The translations under genes were made by a program, and so were the position numbers. The notes below the pieces were generated by a model, which saw only the letters and a program-made list of their open reading frames with translations, was not told the DNA's origin and searched no databases. Below are positions 37,542 through 48,679 of a stretch of 64,000 nucleotides of DNA, in pieces. The stretch is from a bacterium. Its GTDB lineage: Bacteria > Patescibacteriota > Doudnabacteria > UBA920. The DNA lies in contig CP064996.1 in assembly GCA_016699995.1 (NCBI GenBank), positions 10,357 to 74,356 on the forward strand, in the 5' to 3' direction. Each line of letters begins with the position of its first letter. Position 1 is the stretch's first letter.

Positions 37542-38474
37542 ATGAACGAAACACACAAAGTTATTATCATCGGCTCCGGTCCAGCCGGTTTAACAGCAGG
37601 ATTATATGCTGGTCGGGCAGAGCTCCAACCACTATTATTTGCAGGCAGCCAGCCTGGCGGGCAGTTAACTATTACCACAGACGTCGAAAACTTCCCTGGT
37701 TTTCCGGAGGGTATTCAGGGCCCAGAATTGATGGACAAAATGACTAAGCAAGCCGAAAGGTTTGGCACAAAAGTTATTCAGGAAAGCGTTACTAGCGTGG
37801 ATTTTTCTTCCAAGCCTTACAAAGTTAAAACCGAACAAAATGAGTACCAAACTCACAGCGTTATTATTGCTACCGGTGCAGAAGTTAAATGGCTGGGGTT
37901 GGAAAACGAAAGCCGGCTCCGCGGCCATGGGGTCACTGCGTGCGCAACCTGCGACGGCTTCTTCTTTAAAGGATTGGATGTTGTAGTTATTGGCGGCGGC
38001 GATAGTGCTATGGAAGAAGCTACTTTCTTAACCAAGTTTGCCAAGAGCGTGACTATTATTCACCGCCGTGACGAATTTAAAGCATCGAAGATCATGCTTA
38101 AGCGTGCACAAGAGAATGAGAAGATTAGTTTTATTACCAATGTAACAGTAGTAGATATTTTAGGTGAAGATTCTATGACCGGCATAGTGGTAAAAGATAA
38201 TAACACCGGCGAAGAGCGCACTATAGAAGCACAGGGTTACTTTGTGGCTATTGGTCATGCGCCGGCGGTTACTGTTTTTAAAGATGCTGGCGTAGAGCTG
38301 GACGATAAAGGCTATATTGCGCAAAAGCGTTTTACCGAAACTAATATTCCTGGAGTGTTCGTGGCTGGCGATGTGCACGATCACCGTTATCGCCAGGCGG
38401 TCAGTAGCGCAGGAGAAGGCTGTAAAGCTGCACTGGATGCAGAAAAATACTTAACCGAAACTTTAGGAGAATAA
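37542..38474 (+). CDS. trxB: Thioredoxin-disulfide reductase.
   Basis: IIIGSGPAGLTAG (FAD), CATCDGFFF (redox CxxC), VIGGGDSAMEEA (NADPH). Confidence 0.9.
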   Translation: MNETHKVIIIGSGPAGLTAGLYAGRAELQPLLFAGSQPGGQLTITTDVENFPGFPEGIQGPELMDKMTKQAERFGTKVIQESVTSVDFSSKPYKVKTEQNEYQTHSVIIATGAEVKWLGLENESRLRGHGVTACATCDGFFFKGLDVVVIGGGDSAMEEATFLTKFAKSVTIIHRRDEFKASKIMLKRAQENEKISFITNVTVVDILGEDSMTGIVVKDNNTGEERTIEAQGYFVAIGHAPAVTVFKDAGVELDDKGYIAQKRFTETNIPGVFVAGDVHDHRYRQAVSSAGEGCKAALDAEKYLTETLGE

Positions 38475-38478
38475 ATAT

Positions 38479-39717
38479 ATGACAAACAATCCATTCGAAT
38501 CAGCTAAAGCTCAATTGGCGCAAGCCGCTAAAGTTGCCGGTCTCGACTTAAAAAAGGTTGATCAGCTTAACAGTCCGGACCGTTATATAGAAGTCAGTAT
38601 TCCTGTACAGATGGATGACGGCTCTCAGCGCATCTTTACCGGTTTTCGCAGTCAGCACAACAATGCGCGCGGTGCATATAAAGGCGGCATTCGTTATCAT
38701 CAGGATGTAAATTTAGATGAGGTACGCGCCTTAAGTTTTTGGATGACATTTAAAAATGCAGTTATCGACGTGCCTTTTGGTGGCGGCAAAGGCGGTATTA
38801 TTGTTAATCCCAAAGAACTTTCCGAAGCCGAATTGGAGCGCTTGTCTCGCGGCTATATGAAGCAAATGTGGCGTAATTTCGGTCCGGAGGTGGACGTGCC
38901 TGCACCTGACGTAAATACTAACGGCCAGATTATGGCATGGATGCGAGATGAGTTTGAAAAGATCACAGGCACCAGCGCTCCGGGTGTTATCACTGGCAAG
39001 GCAGTGGAAAATGGCGGCAGCGAGGGCCGTACAGAGGCAACTGGTTTTGGTGGTGGTTACGTGCTGCGTGAGGCGTTGAAAGCCGGATTAGTCGCCGGCG
39101 CCACGGAAGATAGTGGCCGCAAAACAATTGCGATTCAAGGATTTGGAAACGTCGCAACTTATTTGGCTGAATATGTCAAAGAACACGGGTTTAAGATTGT
39201 GGCTCTGTCCGACAGTAAAGGCGGTGTGTACAGCGAAGATGGGATTGATGTTGGTGCAGCCGAAGCGCATAAAAAGAGCAATGGTAGCTTGGCTGGCTTA
39301 GAGGGTACAACAGAAATTACTAATGAGCAATTGCTAGAATTAGATGTGGATGTGTTAGTTCCTGCAGCATTAGAAAATGTGTTAACCGCTGATAATGCAG
39401 AAAAGGTAAGAGCTAAATTTATTTTGGAAATGGCCAATGGCCCAACTACTCCGGAAGCAGATGAAATTTTTGCAAAGAATGGCGTTGCCGTGGTTCCTGA
39501 CATCTTGGCAAACAGCGGAGGGGTATGCGTGAGCTATTTTGAATGGTATCAAAACCAGAACAATGAGAAATGGAGCAAGGACGATGTCCTTAAAAAGCTG
39601 GATGAACATATAGTTGCTGCGTTCAAGGCTGTGAGAGAAGCGCAAGAAAAGTACTCGACCACTATGCGAACCGCGGCTTATATTGTGGCTAGTCAGAGGA
39701 TCATAGAAAAGATGTAA
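38479..39717 (+). CDS. gdhA: Glutamate dehydrogenase, Glu/Leu/Phe/Val dehydrogenase family.
   Basis: 'KGGIRYHQDVNLDEVRALSFWMTFKNAVIDVPFGGGKGGI' catalytic lysine region. Confidence 0.9.
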   Translation: MTNNPFESAKAQLAQAAKVAGLDLKKVDQLNSPDRYIEVSIPVQMDDGSQRIFTGFRSQHNNARGAYKGGIRYHQDVNLDEVRALSFWMTFKNAVIDVPFGGGKGGIIVNPKELSEAELERLSRGYMKQMWRNFGPEVDVPAPDVNTNGQIMAWMRDEFEKITGTSAPGVITGKAVENGGSEGRTEATGFGGGYVLREALKAGLVAGATEDSGRKTIAIQGFGNVATYLAEYVKEHGFKIVALSDSKGGVYSEDGIDVGAAEAHKKSNGSLAGLEGTTEITNEQLLELDVDVLVPAALENVLTADNAEKVRAKFILEMANGPTTPEADEIFAKNGVAVVPDILANSGGVCVSYFEWYQNQNNEKWSKDDVLKKLDEHIVAAFKAVREAQEKYSTTMRTAAYIVASQRIIEKM

Positions 39718-39774
39718 AAAAAGAAGCGCACAAGCAACTGCTTGTGCGCTTTATTATATTGATGACGGTCATGG

Positions 39775-39969
39775 CTAAATAATGCCGCCATTATAGAATC
39801 TCTTCGACCTTCTAAAGCCCCCTCTGGCTTTAAATGCCGTTCGCTGCTGGATGGTTCCGCAGGTAGACTGCTTCATGGCTTGGTCAGCGATAGCGACTTC
39901 TTCGTCGTGCTTTGTTTGCTCACTGGTTCTCTGATTTTTACCCTGGGTGTCCTCGGTTTTATGATTCAT
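39775..39969 (-). CDS. Hypothetical small basic protein.
   Basis: 64-aa ORF between gdh and the second trxB. Weak support. Confidence 0.2.
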   Translation of the reverse strand: MNHKTEDTQGKNQRTSEQTKHDEEVAIADQAMKQSTCGTIQQRTAFKARGGFRRSKRFYNGGII

Positions 39970-40041
39970 TGGGCCTCCTTGTAGGTTCAGAAATAATAGC
40001 TTATATAAGCAAATAAATCAACCCCATGATATAATTACCCT

Positions 40042-40956
40042 ATGTATGACACTATAATCATCGGCGCCGGCCCGGCTGGAATGACAGCAGCGATCTACAC
40101 GGCGCGTCGAAAATTAAAAACGTTGGTGATTTCAAAAAATATCGGCGGGCAGATGGTTTGGAGTGCGGATGTAGAAAACTATAGTGGCTTCTCAGTGATC
40201 GCCGGGGCCGATTTGACTTTAAAATTTGAAAAGCATATGGAGAGCTTAAAAGATGATTTGGAGATCAAGCTCGATACGGAAGTGGTTCATATAGAAAAGA
40301 ATATCACCAGCTTTAATGTCACCGATAAATTTGGCAATGTTTATTATGCAAAAACTATAATCATCGCCGCAGGAAAGGAGCCTAAGCACTTGGGTGTACC
40401 GGGGGAGAAGGAATTGTTTGGTAAGGGAGTGGCTGTATGCGCTACTTGTGACGCTCCTTTATATAAGGATAAAAGGGTGGCTGTGGTAGGAGCGGGAAAT
40501 TCCGCCATGGATGCTATTTACGCTCTTTCAAAAGTTGCCAAGCAAGTGTTTGTAATGAATATCAATGAAGATTTTAGCGGAGAAGAGGCTTTAAAGGATA
40601 GAATTTTGAACATGCCGAATGTGAAGTTATATCAGAATACTAAAGTTACAAAGATTGTGGGCGACAAGAAAGTAAAGGCCATTGGCATTGCCACTTACGG
40701 AAAAGATGAAGAAGAGCTAGCAGTAGATGGGGTTTTTATAGAAATAGGCTACGAGCCGAGCGTTGAGTTTGCCGACCTCGTAGATAAGAATGATAAAAAT
40801 GAGATTAAGGTAAATGGCGATTTGGCGACAAATATCCCTGGAATCTTTGCTGCAGGTGACATTAACGACGCATGGGGCGAGCAGATCATCATTGCCGCCG
40901 GCGAAGGCGCTAAGGCAGCCATGGCCGTAAGTAATTATTTAAACAAGATAAAATAA
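40042..40956 (+). CDS. Second thioredoxin reductase-like FAD/NAD(P) oxidoreductase.
   Basis: IIIGAGPAGMTAA, VCATCDAPLY, VVGAGNSAMDA. Confidence 0.75.
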   Translation: MYDTIIIGAGPAGMTAAIYTARRKLKTLVISKNIGGQMVWSADVENYSGFSVIAGADLTLKFEKHMESLKDDLEIKLDTEVVHIEKNITSFNVTDKFGNVYYAKTIIIAAGKEPKHLGVPGEKELFGKGVAVCATCDAPLYKDKRVAVVGAGNSAMDAIYALSKVAKQVFVMNINEDFSGEEALKDRILNMPNVKLYQNTKVTKIVGDKKVKAIGIATYGKDEEELAVDGVFIEIGYEPSVEFADLVDKNDKNEIKVNGDLATNIPGIFAAGDINDAWGEQIIIAAGEGAKAAMAVSNYLNKIK

Positions 40957-41077
40957 TGTGTACACCAAGCAGTTTAAGGACGAGCTTTAATCCGCTTCCA
41001 AGAGTTCTTGGTACATTCTTAAGAGGTTTTGACTTTACCACCGGCTTGTTGTAGAATACACAGTTACAGGAGGAAAT

Positions 41078-41482
41078 ATGAATTCGGAAAAAGATTTAAA
41101 TACTGCTTCGGATTGGCATGGCCATCTTTATAGGTATAGAGGTCAGTTTTTAGTTTCATTCGCCCTCTCAATGCTGCTTATGAATTTCATAGCATTCGGA
41201 GCATATGCCGCCAGATGGAACGTGCTGTTTTACGCTTTTGCCTTTCTCTGTTTTGTAGGTATTGCCAATAAGATCAATGAGGTTATGGCTAATAAGCATG
41301 GGGCTGTGATAGTCCATGGCTATGTTTCGGTTTTTCTCACCGGCCTTATTATTCTAAGCTTCGTAATGTTTGGCAGCAGTGATTCGCCGCTGCTGAACAC
41401 CTTCATTTGGTCCATACCGGCTTCCGGGTTTGCAATCTGGGTCTTTACCTGTGTTTCTCACAAAAGAGTATCAGTAAAATAA
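41078..41482 (+). CDS. Hypothetical membrane protein.
   Basis: 134 aa with 4 TM helices. A terminator hairpin follows at 41483-41510. Confidence 0.45.
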   Translation: MNSEKDLNTASDWHGHLYRYRGQFLVSFALSMLLMNFIAFGAYAARWNVLFYAFAFLCFVGIANKINEVMANKHGAVIVHGYVSVFLTGLIILSFVMFGSSDSPLLNTFIWSIPASGFAIWVFTCVSHKRVSVK

Positions 41483-41523
41483 ACTCCTCGTTTAGAGGAG
41501 TTTTTTATATTGCTTTAACTGAA

Positions 41524-42084
41524 TTATGAATTTACGCGTTCGACATAAGCGCCATCTCGGGTATCGATTTTAACCACTTCGCCTTCTTTAATGAACATCG
41601 GAGCTTGCACTACTAATCCGGTTTCTAATTTGATTGGCTTAGTAACATTGCCGCCGCTGTTACCAGTGATCCCAGGAGGGGATTCAACAACTTTAAGATC
41701 GACTTTGATTGGCAATTCTATGGATACCGGCTTGCCGTTAAAGCGCAAAACCATAACCTTGGTACCTTCTATTAAAAAAGGTTCCTGTTCGGCAGTGATT
41801 TCTTTGGCAAAGTCGATGGTCTCGAAAGTTTCGTTGTTCATGAAGTGGGTGCCTTCTGCGTCGGCGTACAAAAAGTTGGCGTTCTCTCGGGTCACATCGG
41901 CAGCTTCGACTTTTTCTCCAAACTTGAAGTTGTACTCCAGTACTTTGCCGGTAATGACATTGCGAAGCTTGGCTTGCATTACTGGCTTGCGTTGAGCAGT
42001 GCGCATGCGGTTAGACCAGATAACCTGGAAAGGCTCTTTGTTTAACAGCACAACTGCCCCTAATTTTACGTCGTTTAAATCCAT
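41524..42084 (-). CDS. efp: Elongation factor P.
   Basis: 186 aa. KOW-like N-terminal domain; 'GITGNSGGNVTKP' corresponds to the GDTAGGxxKPA motif. Confidence 0.9.
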   Translation of the reverse strand: MDLNDVKLGAVVLLNKEPFQVIWSNRMRTAQRKPVMQAKLRNVITGKVLEYNFKFGEKVEAADVTRENANFLYADAEGTHFMNNETFETIDFAKEITAEQEPFLIEGTKVMVLRFNGKPVSIELPIKVDLKVVESPPGITGNSGGNVTKPIKLETGLVVQAPMFIKEGEVVKIDTRDGAYVERVNS

Positions 42085-42133
42085 GTGTGTTTATGTTAAT
42101 TCAATAGCCGCGCGGGAACCGCGCGGCTGAGTG

Positions 42134-42391
42134 TTAAGCTGCTACGAAAGGCAACAGCGCCATGTGGCGTGCGCGCTTGAGAGCAGTAGTGATCATGCGC
42201 TGGTGCTTAGGGCAAGAACCGGTGCGGTTGCGGCCCATAATCTTGGCATGAGGGGACATAAAGCGTCGCAGAGTCTGCGCATCTTTGTAGTCTACGGTGC
42301 TAATTTTGTTGGAGCAAAAGTAGCAAACCTTCTTCATAACTGGAGCGTCGTTGCGCTTGTCGTTACGGCGGTTGTTATTTTCTCTTGGCAT
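42134..42391 (-). CDS. rpsR: 30S ribosomal protein S18.
   Basis: 'KVCYFCSNKISTVDYKDAQTLRRFMSPHAKIMGRNRTGSCPKHQRMITTALKRAR'. Confidence 0.9.
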   Translation of the reverse strand: MPRENNNRRNDKRNDAPVMKKVCYFCSNKISTVDYKDAQTLRRFMSPHAKIMGRNRTGSCPKHQRMITTALKRARHMALLPFVAA

Positions 42392-42445
42392 TAGATAATT
42401 AGTGATTAGTTATTAGTGAGCCGCTGGTTGATAGGCGGCAGGGGA

Positions 42446-42940
42446 TTAAAAGGGAATGTCGTCGACATTAATGTCTTCGCCTTGTTGAATAGTAGGTAGT
42501 TCTTCGGTAGGGAAGGACTGGTCGTTTGTGTTGGCTGCCGGGCGGTTGTAACCGCTGGCCATTGGGTTTCCAGCGTTATTGTTTCCCTGGCTGCTATTGC
42601 CGCCGCTTCCGCCGTCTAGCATGATCATGTTGTCGGCGATAATCTCGGTCTTATAATTCTTTTTTCCAGTTTGCTGGTCGTCCCAAGAACGGGTCTGGAG
42701 GCGGCCTTCGATGTATACGCGCTGGCCTTTTTTAAGGTACTGCGCTGCGATTTCACCCAGCTTACGCCATAAGACAATGTTGTGGTATTCGACATTTTCT
42801 ACTTTTTGGCCAGTCTGTTGATTGTTGTAAACGAAGTTAGTCGCTAAGCCTAGCTGGCACACGCTGGCTCCGGCTGGAGTGGTGCGCAATTCTGGATCAC
42901 GGGTTAGGCGGCCAATGATCATTACTTTGTTTAAGTCCAT
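42446..42940 (-). CDS. ssb: Single-stranded DNA-binding protein.
   Basis: OB fold. Gly/Asn-rich linker and C-terminal DDIPF tail. Confidence 0.9.
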   Translation of the reverse strand: MDLNKVMIIGRLTRDPELRTTPAGASVCQLGLATNFVYNNQQTGQKVENVEYHNIVLWRKLGEIAAQYLKKGQRVYIEGRLQTRSWDDQQTGKKNYKTEIIADNMIMLDGGSGGNSSQGNNNAGNPMASGYNRPAANTNDQSFPTEELPTIQQGEDINVDDIPF

Positions 42941-43005
42941 ATTTTTAGTTTAGATTCTGCCGCAGTCATCCTTTGGCTATTTAATAATAATTCGAACCTC
43001 TACTT

Positions 43006-43476
43006 TTACTGAACTTCTTCGCTCAAAGCCTTTTCGATTTCTTCATCAAGCTGCTCGTTGCTTACTGGAGCAGTCTTTTTGGTTGGCTTTGGTTTGCTTT
43101 CGGCAGTTGGAGCTGCGACAGTTTCTTCCGGAGGGCGGCGCTTAATTTTAGACTGAACAACTCGATCTTTTTCCAGTCGTTCCAAGTGCTCATCTATATT
43201 GATAACTAAATGGCGGATAATAGTATTCTTCTGGGTGCGAATCTTAGCTTCTAAAGCAGCTAAGTCTTTGCCTTCCATATCGAAATTGATCACGCCATAG
43301 TGACCGTTGCGAGTCTTACCAATTTGGTAAGCTAATTTTTTCTTACCCAACAATTCGTGGTTAAGATTGTTACCACCGAAGTCAGAAACAGTTTGTTCAA
43401 TCTGTTTAGAGGTTTCGGGTACCTGATCGTCAGATACGCTAGACGCGAGAATATACATTAACTCGTATCGCGGCAT
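43006..43476 (-). CDS. rpsF: 30S ribosomal protein S6.
   Basis: 'MPRYELMYILASSV'. AAGGAG lies 9 nt upstream of ATG 43476. Long charged C-terminal tail. Confidence 0.85.
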   Translation of the reverse strand: MPRYELMYILASSVSDDQVPETSKQIEQTVSDFGGNNLNHELLGKKKLAYQIGKTRNGHYGVINFDMEGKDLAALEAKIRTQKNTIIRHLVINIDEHLERLEKDRVVQSKIKRRPPEETVAAPTAESKPKPTKKTAPVSNEQLDEEIEKALSEEVQ

Positions 43477-43625
43477 AAGGATAGGCTCCTTATCTCTATA
43501 CCCCAATCGGCATAGAGAATATTAATAATGATTTATTCTTTTGAGATCTCAGGCTTATTCTATATGTGTTGGCATCAAGGCCAAGTAAAGAAAATACCAG
43601 TTTTCTTCAAAATTTCCTTAATTTT

Positions 43626-43652
43626 AGCTCAAATAGAGGAATTTGGCAAGGG

Positions 43653-43654
<2 letters not shown>
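43626..43654 (-). promoter_or_regulatory. Promoter of the rpsF-ssb-rpsR operon, TTGCCA-17-TAAAAT.
   Basis: The minus strand reads cTTGCCAaattcctctatttgagcTAAAATt. This gives an untranslated leader of about 145 nt before rpsF. Confidence 0.5.
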
Positions 43655-44771
<1,117 letters not shown>

Positions 44772-44873
44772 AAGCTATATTGTACTGTATTTGACGGATT
44801 CTGTCGATTGGCATAGAATCTGGTTAGCTCAGCAGTTTGAGCGATCCCAACAAAAAAGAGGTACATACAAAAT

Positions 44874-45290
44874 ATGACAGTTAACGGCGGCGGACCCAAC
44901 GGGTCCAATATTTTGACCACTCATCCAAAGCGAAAGAAGCTCGGGTTTGCAGACAAGCAGCCTAAGAAAAACTTTCTTCCTGAAAAGGAGGAAGTTGCAA
45001 ATTCGCAGGAATCCAGTTCCAGGGAACGAGACCGAGTATATAGGCTCGCAGATCTCCCGGCAACTGTAAGAAATGCGTTTCTGAGCAATCTTATCGATGC
45101 TCACAGTCATCGCATTGACGATATAAACTCCGAAGACATTGCAACGGCTTTTAAATCGTTGCCAGATGTTAGGGGTTTGCCTCTCAAGACCAAGGATGAG
45201 AACAATGCGCCAATCGTAATTGTTCGCCTTGCCGATCGCAAGGCAAAAACGATCATAACTGTTGAAGACACGCTGCAGTACTTGCAGTAA
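44874..45290 (+). CDS. Hypothetical protein.
   Basis: 138-aa ORF with no recognisable motif. Confidence 0.4.
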   Translation: MTVNGGGPNGSNILTTHPKRKKLGFADKQPKKNFLPEKEEVANSQESSSRERDRVYRLADLPATVRNAFLSNLIDAHSHRIDDINSEDIATAFKSLPDVRGLPLKTKDENNAPIVIVRLADRKAKTIITVEDTLQYLQ

Positions 45291-45403
45291 GAATAAACAC
45301 CGCGCCAGGCCAGCAACACTGGACGCGGTTTTTTTATGCAGGATCAACCCTCGCGTCTTCTGATTGCTAAGATGGTATAATAAAAGAAAGTCTTGGAGGA
45401 GAC

Positions 45404-45769
45404 ATGCACATACCCAAAAAACTGAACCCTAATTACACCCCTGTTGTCGATTTTTTTAGGATTGTGGAAGACGGAGAAGGCGAGTACGCAGAAAAAATGC
45501 GCCGATTGGCCATTGATATCGGAAACTCTTTATGGAAAGTTAGCCGCAAGCCTGACAAGTGGCTGATGAGAAACCTCAAAAAATTCTTCCTAAAATCCCA
45601 ATGGTTTAGGAAGGTTCGCATTATTCGTCGACGCTTGTATCTGTTTCGCCGCAAAGGCCGCTTCGCTATTGTTCTCACTCGGGGACAGATTTATAATCTT
45701 AAGCTCATGGCTAAAGATGCCAAGCAGGAAGCGCGGCAAGCCCGCGAGCTCCGCCTGCAAAGTGCGTAA
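45404..45769 (+). CDS. Hypothetical basic protein.
   Basis: 121 aa, Lys/Arg-rich. Confidence 0.4.
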   Translation: MHIPKKLNPNYTPVVDFFRIVEDGEGEYAEKMRRLAIDIGNSLWKVSRKPDKWLMRNLKKFFLKSQWFRKVRIIRRRLYLFRRKGRFAIVLTRGQIYNLKLMAKDAKQEARQARELRLQSA

Positions 45770-45830
45770 AATTACGCACTTTTTATATTTGCTATAATAC
45801 GTATACACATTTGATAAGTTAGAAAATTTT

Positions 45831-46631
45831 ATGAAAGTCACTAATTTTAAAAAGCTTAAACCAAAGAAATTATTTGTGTTCGACCTTGACGATACTTTAG
45901 CCGAATCCAAGACACCTATGGATGCGGAAATGGCCGGGCTGATTCAGGAATTATTAAAGAGCCACAAAATGGCAGTAATCGGGGGTGGGAAATATGAGAT
46001 TTTTAAATGGCAGTTTATAAAAGAGCTCAAGGCTCCCGCGAAGCTGCTTAAAAATTTGTATTTATTCCCAACCTGCGGCAGCGCTTTTTATAGATACAAT
46101 AGCGGCTGGAAAAAGGTCTACGCGCACTTGCTGTCTACTAAAGAAAAGCAGCAGGTTCGCAAAGCTTTTGATGATGTCTACGAAGAAATGAATTATAAGC
46201 ATCCGAAAAAGGTTTATGGGGAAATTCTAGAAGATCGCAAATCGCAAATGAGCTGGTCGCCGTTGGGGCAAGAGATAGCGACGGTACTAGGTAAGAAAGG
46301 CGTACAGCTGAAAGCGCAATGGCGTTCTAAGTATGATCATGTGCGCATGGAAATGGCTAAACGCCTTGCTAAGCACCTTCCTAATTTAGAAGTCCGTGTT
46401 GGTGGCATAACTACTATCGACGTAACAATGAAAGGAATCGATAAAGCCTACGGAGTAAGGCAAATGGAGAAGCAGCTCAAAGTAAAAGTAAAAGACATGG
46501 TCTACACTGGCGACGCAATTTTCCCTGGCGGTAACGACTATTCCGCTTTAAAGACTGGAATCGATTATATCAAAGTAAAAGGCCCAGAAGACACCAAAAA
46601 AGTTATCCGTGCCTTATTAGAAAATCGATAA
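45831..46631 (+). CDS. HAD-superfamily hydrolase, subfamily IIB / phosphomannomutase-like.
   Basis: 'LFVFDLDDTLAESKTP' DxDxT motif I. About 260 aa. Confidence 0.5.
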   Translation: MKVTNFKKLKPKKLFVFDLDDTLAESKTPMDAEMAGLIQELLKSHKMAVIGGGKYEIFKWQFIKELKAPAKLLKNLYLFPTCGSAFYRYNSGWKKVYAHLLSTKEKQQVRKAFDDVYEEMNYKHPKKVYGEILEDRKSQMSWSPLGQEIATVLGKKGVQLKAQWRSKYDHVRMEMAKRLAKHLPNLEVRVGGITTIDVTMKGIDKAYGVRQMEKQLKVKVKDMVYTGDAIFPGGNDYSALKTGIDYIKVKGPEDTKKVIRALLENR

Positions 46632-46652
46632 TTAGGTATAAATAAAACCGGA

Positions 46653-47633
46653 CTAAAGTAGTCCGGTTTTTTCTTTAACTTCGAGCATGGTCTGCTCCGC
46701 CAGCTGGCGGGCTTTGGCTGCTCCGTCGGCCAGAATTTGAGCCAGTTTGGCCTTGTCATCTAACAGCTCTTTCTTCTTGGCTCTAAAATCCGCAAAGTAG
46801 TTAGCGATGCTGTCGGCCAGTGTAGACTTTAACTCGCTGTACTTGATGCTGCCGTCTTTTATCGCGCCTCGGAATTCGCTGGCTACCGCTTTATCTCCGA
46901 ACTGTTCTAGCAAGTAGATGAGATTATCCACGCCTGCTCCGCCTTCGCCGCCGCTGGCGGTTACAGCCTTCTTGAGTTTCGCCTGTATTTCGTTGGGTGA
47001 GTCGTCCATATAGATCGGATCGTCGCCTGTCTTGCTCATTTTCTTAGCCGGGTCCTTTAGGCTCATGATTCGCAGCGGCTTTCTTACAAACGGTTTTGGT
47101 TCCGGGAAGGTTTGCCCAAATTGTTTGTTGAATTTGCGAGCGATGGTGCGGGATAGTTCGATATGCTGAACTTGGTCATCGCCAACCGGTACGAAGTTTG
47201 GCTTATACAGCAAGATGTCTGCCGCCATCAAAGCAGGGTAGGTGAGCAGTCCTGCGTTTACGGCATCCTTTTGGCTTCGGCCTTTGTCTTTGTATTGCGT
47301 CATTCGTTCCAGCTCGCCAACCGGTACAATGCAGTTAAAGATCCAGGCTAGCTCGGCGTGTTCCAAAACGTGGTTTTGGATGAAGATGACCGATTTCTCC
47401 GGGTCTAATCCTGCTGCGATGTATTCGGCCACAACTTCTAGAGTATCCTGGCGAAGCTTTTTAGGATCGCGCGGTACTGTGAGAGCATGAAGGTCGGCTA
47501 CAAAGAAGTAGCATTGCAGCTTACCTTCATTCTGAATGTCCACAAATTGCTTTAAAGCCCCCAGATAGTTGCCGACATGCATTCTGCCTGTTGCCTGTAC
47601 GCCTGATAAGATTGTTTCTTTTTTCATATTCAT
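46653..47633 (-). CDS. trpS: Tryptophanyl-tRNA synthetase.
   Basis: 'ILSGVQATGRMHVGNYLGAL' (HIGH) and 'KMSKTG' (KMSKS). 326 aa. Confidence 0.9.
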   Translation of the reverse strand: MNMKKETILSGVQATGRMHVGNYLGALKQFVDIQNEGKLQCYFFVADLHALTVPRDPKKLRQDTLEVVAEYIAAGLDPEKSVIFIQNHVLEHAELAWIFNCIVPVGELERMTQYKDKGRSQKDAVNAGLLTYPALMAADILLYKPNFVPVGDDQVQHIELSRTIARKFNKQFGQTFPEPKPFVRKPLRIMSLKDPAKKMSKTGDDPIYMDDSPNEIQAKLKKAVTASGGEGGAGVDNLIYLLEQFGDKAVASEFRGAIKDGSIKYSELKSTLADSIANYFADFRAKKKELLDDKAKLAQILADGAAKARQLAEQTMLEVKEKTGLL

Positions 47634-47648
47634 AGTATATCAAACTCC

Positions 47649-48443
47649 TTAGTTAGAATTGAGGTATAGTACGCCTGTGTCTGTTTCTTTGTACCACGGG
47701 TTGTCCGTGGGAGTGAAATCAGAGATCAAGCAATTACGGGATTTGGCATAGCGGCCCAGTACCAGAAAGTATGATGATTTTCTGATGCTGCGCGCATAAG
47801 CTTGCTCCCATGTGATGTTTGGATAAATTTTTTGGTAAAAACTCATCCTAGCCAGAGTTTCGGTTGTAAGCCGATTCTCGAATTGCGGACTGTTGAGGAT
47901 AAACGATTCCTCTTCCCGGCATTTTGTTTCCAGGTCTGCTATCAGCGCTGTCATAATCTCAGATTTCCAGCCGTAGCCTTTTACAACCTCTCTCGTTTTG
48001 TTTGCGCTGGATATAACTTTGCTTACAAAATTTGACTGATTGGTGCCGCTGTAAGTTAATAGCAGGGGATCGCTGCGATCCTGGTCTGGATAAACTATAG
48101 TAGCCTTAACGGGTACGCCTAAGCTTATCAGGTTTCCCAGAAAACCGATCTGACTCTTTGCCAAGCCGGATATGCCATCTCCTAATCCTTTTAACAATCC
48201 TTCGCTGCCCGGCTTATTGCTCCAATCCGGGCAGGCCGGGGCAATAATTTTAACTTCGCCTGCGTCCAATATTGTTTGGCCGATACGGAACGCGGATTTT
48301 TTATTATCCGCATTGCTTTTGCAAAGGCCGATTATGGCTGGCAGCCAATTTAAAACAGTGGGCAGGAAGTCTAAGGACCCTGTCTGCTGAGCGTACTGCC
48401 TAAGCGCGCTTTCGAGCTTTTTGCGATAAAAATCGTAGTTCAT
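47649..48443 (-). CDS. Hypothetical protein.
   Basis: The start is set at ATG 48443, which is preceded by AGGAGGaaaa. No recognisable motif. Confidence 0.5.
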   Translation of the reverse strand: MNYDFYRKKLESALRQYAQQTGSLDFLPTVLNWLPAIIGLCKSNADNKKSAFRIGQTILDAGEVKIIAPACPDWSNKPGSEGLLKGLGDGISGLAKSQIGFLGNLISLGVPVKATIVYPDQDRSDPLLLTYSGTNQSNFVSKVISSANKTREVVKGYGWKSEIMTALIADLETKCREEESFILNSPQFENRLTTETLARMSFYQKIYPNITWEQAYARSIRKSSYFLVLGRYAKSRNCLISDFTPTDNPWYKETDTGVLYLNSN

Positions 48444-48679
48444 TTTTCCTCCTAAGATAACAAAAAACACCTTCCGCAAAAGTCTAGAAGGTGCTTAGTT
48501 TATATGTATTAGATCAAACTTAAGCTAGACTTCGCGGTTAGGCAAAGTCCACCATGCAGAGTTAGCAAATTGGCGCTTAATTTGATTCATGCCTGTATAA
48601 TATTCCCTGGTGTTGACTATGTCAAGCTTTTGGTATAATATTTTTAGTCAGAGAGAAAAGTCTAGGAGGAAAACCAATA

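Noticed and set aside
42131-42394. 87-aa plus-strand ORF
   Set aside because: It is an exact antisense overlap of rpsR (S18), which has unmistakable conserved motifs.
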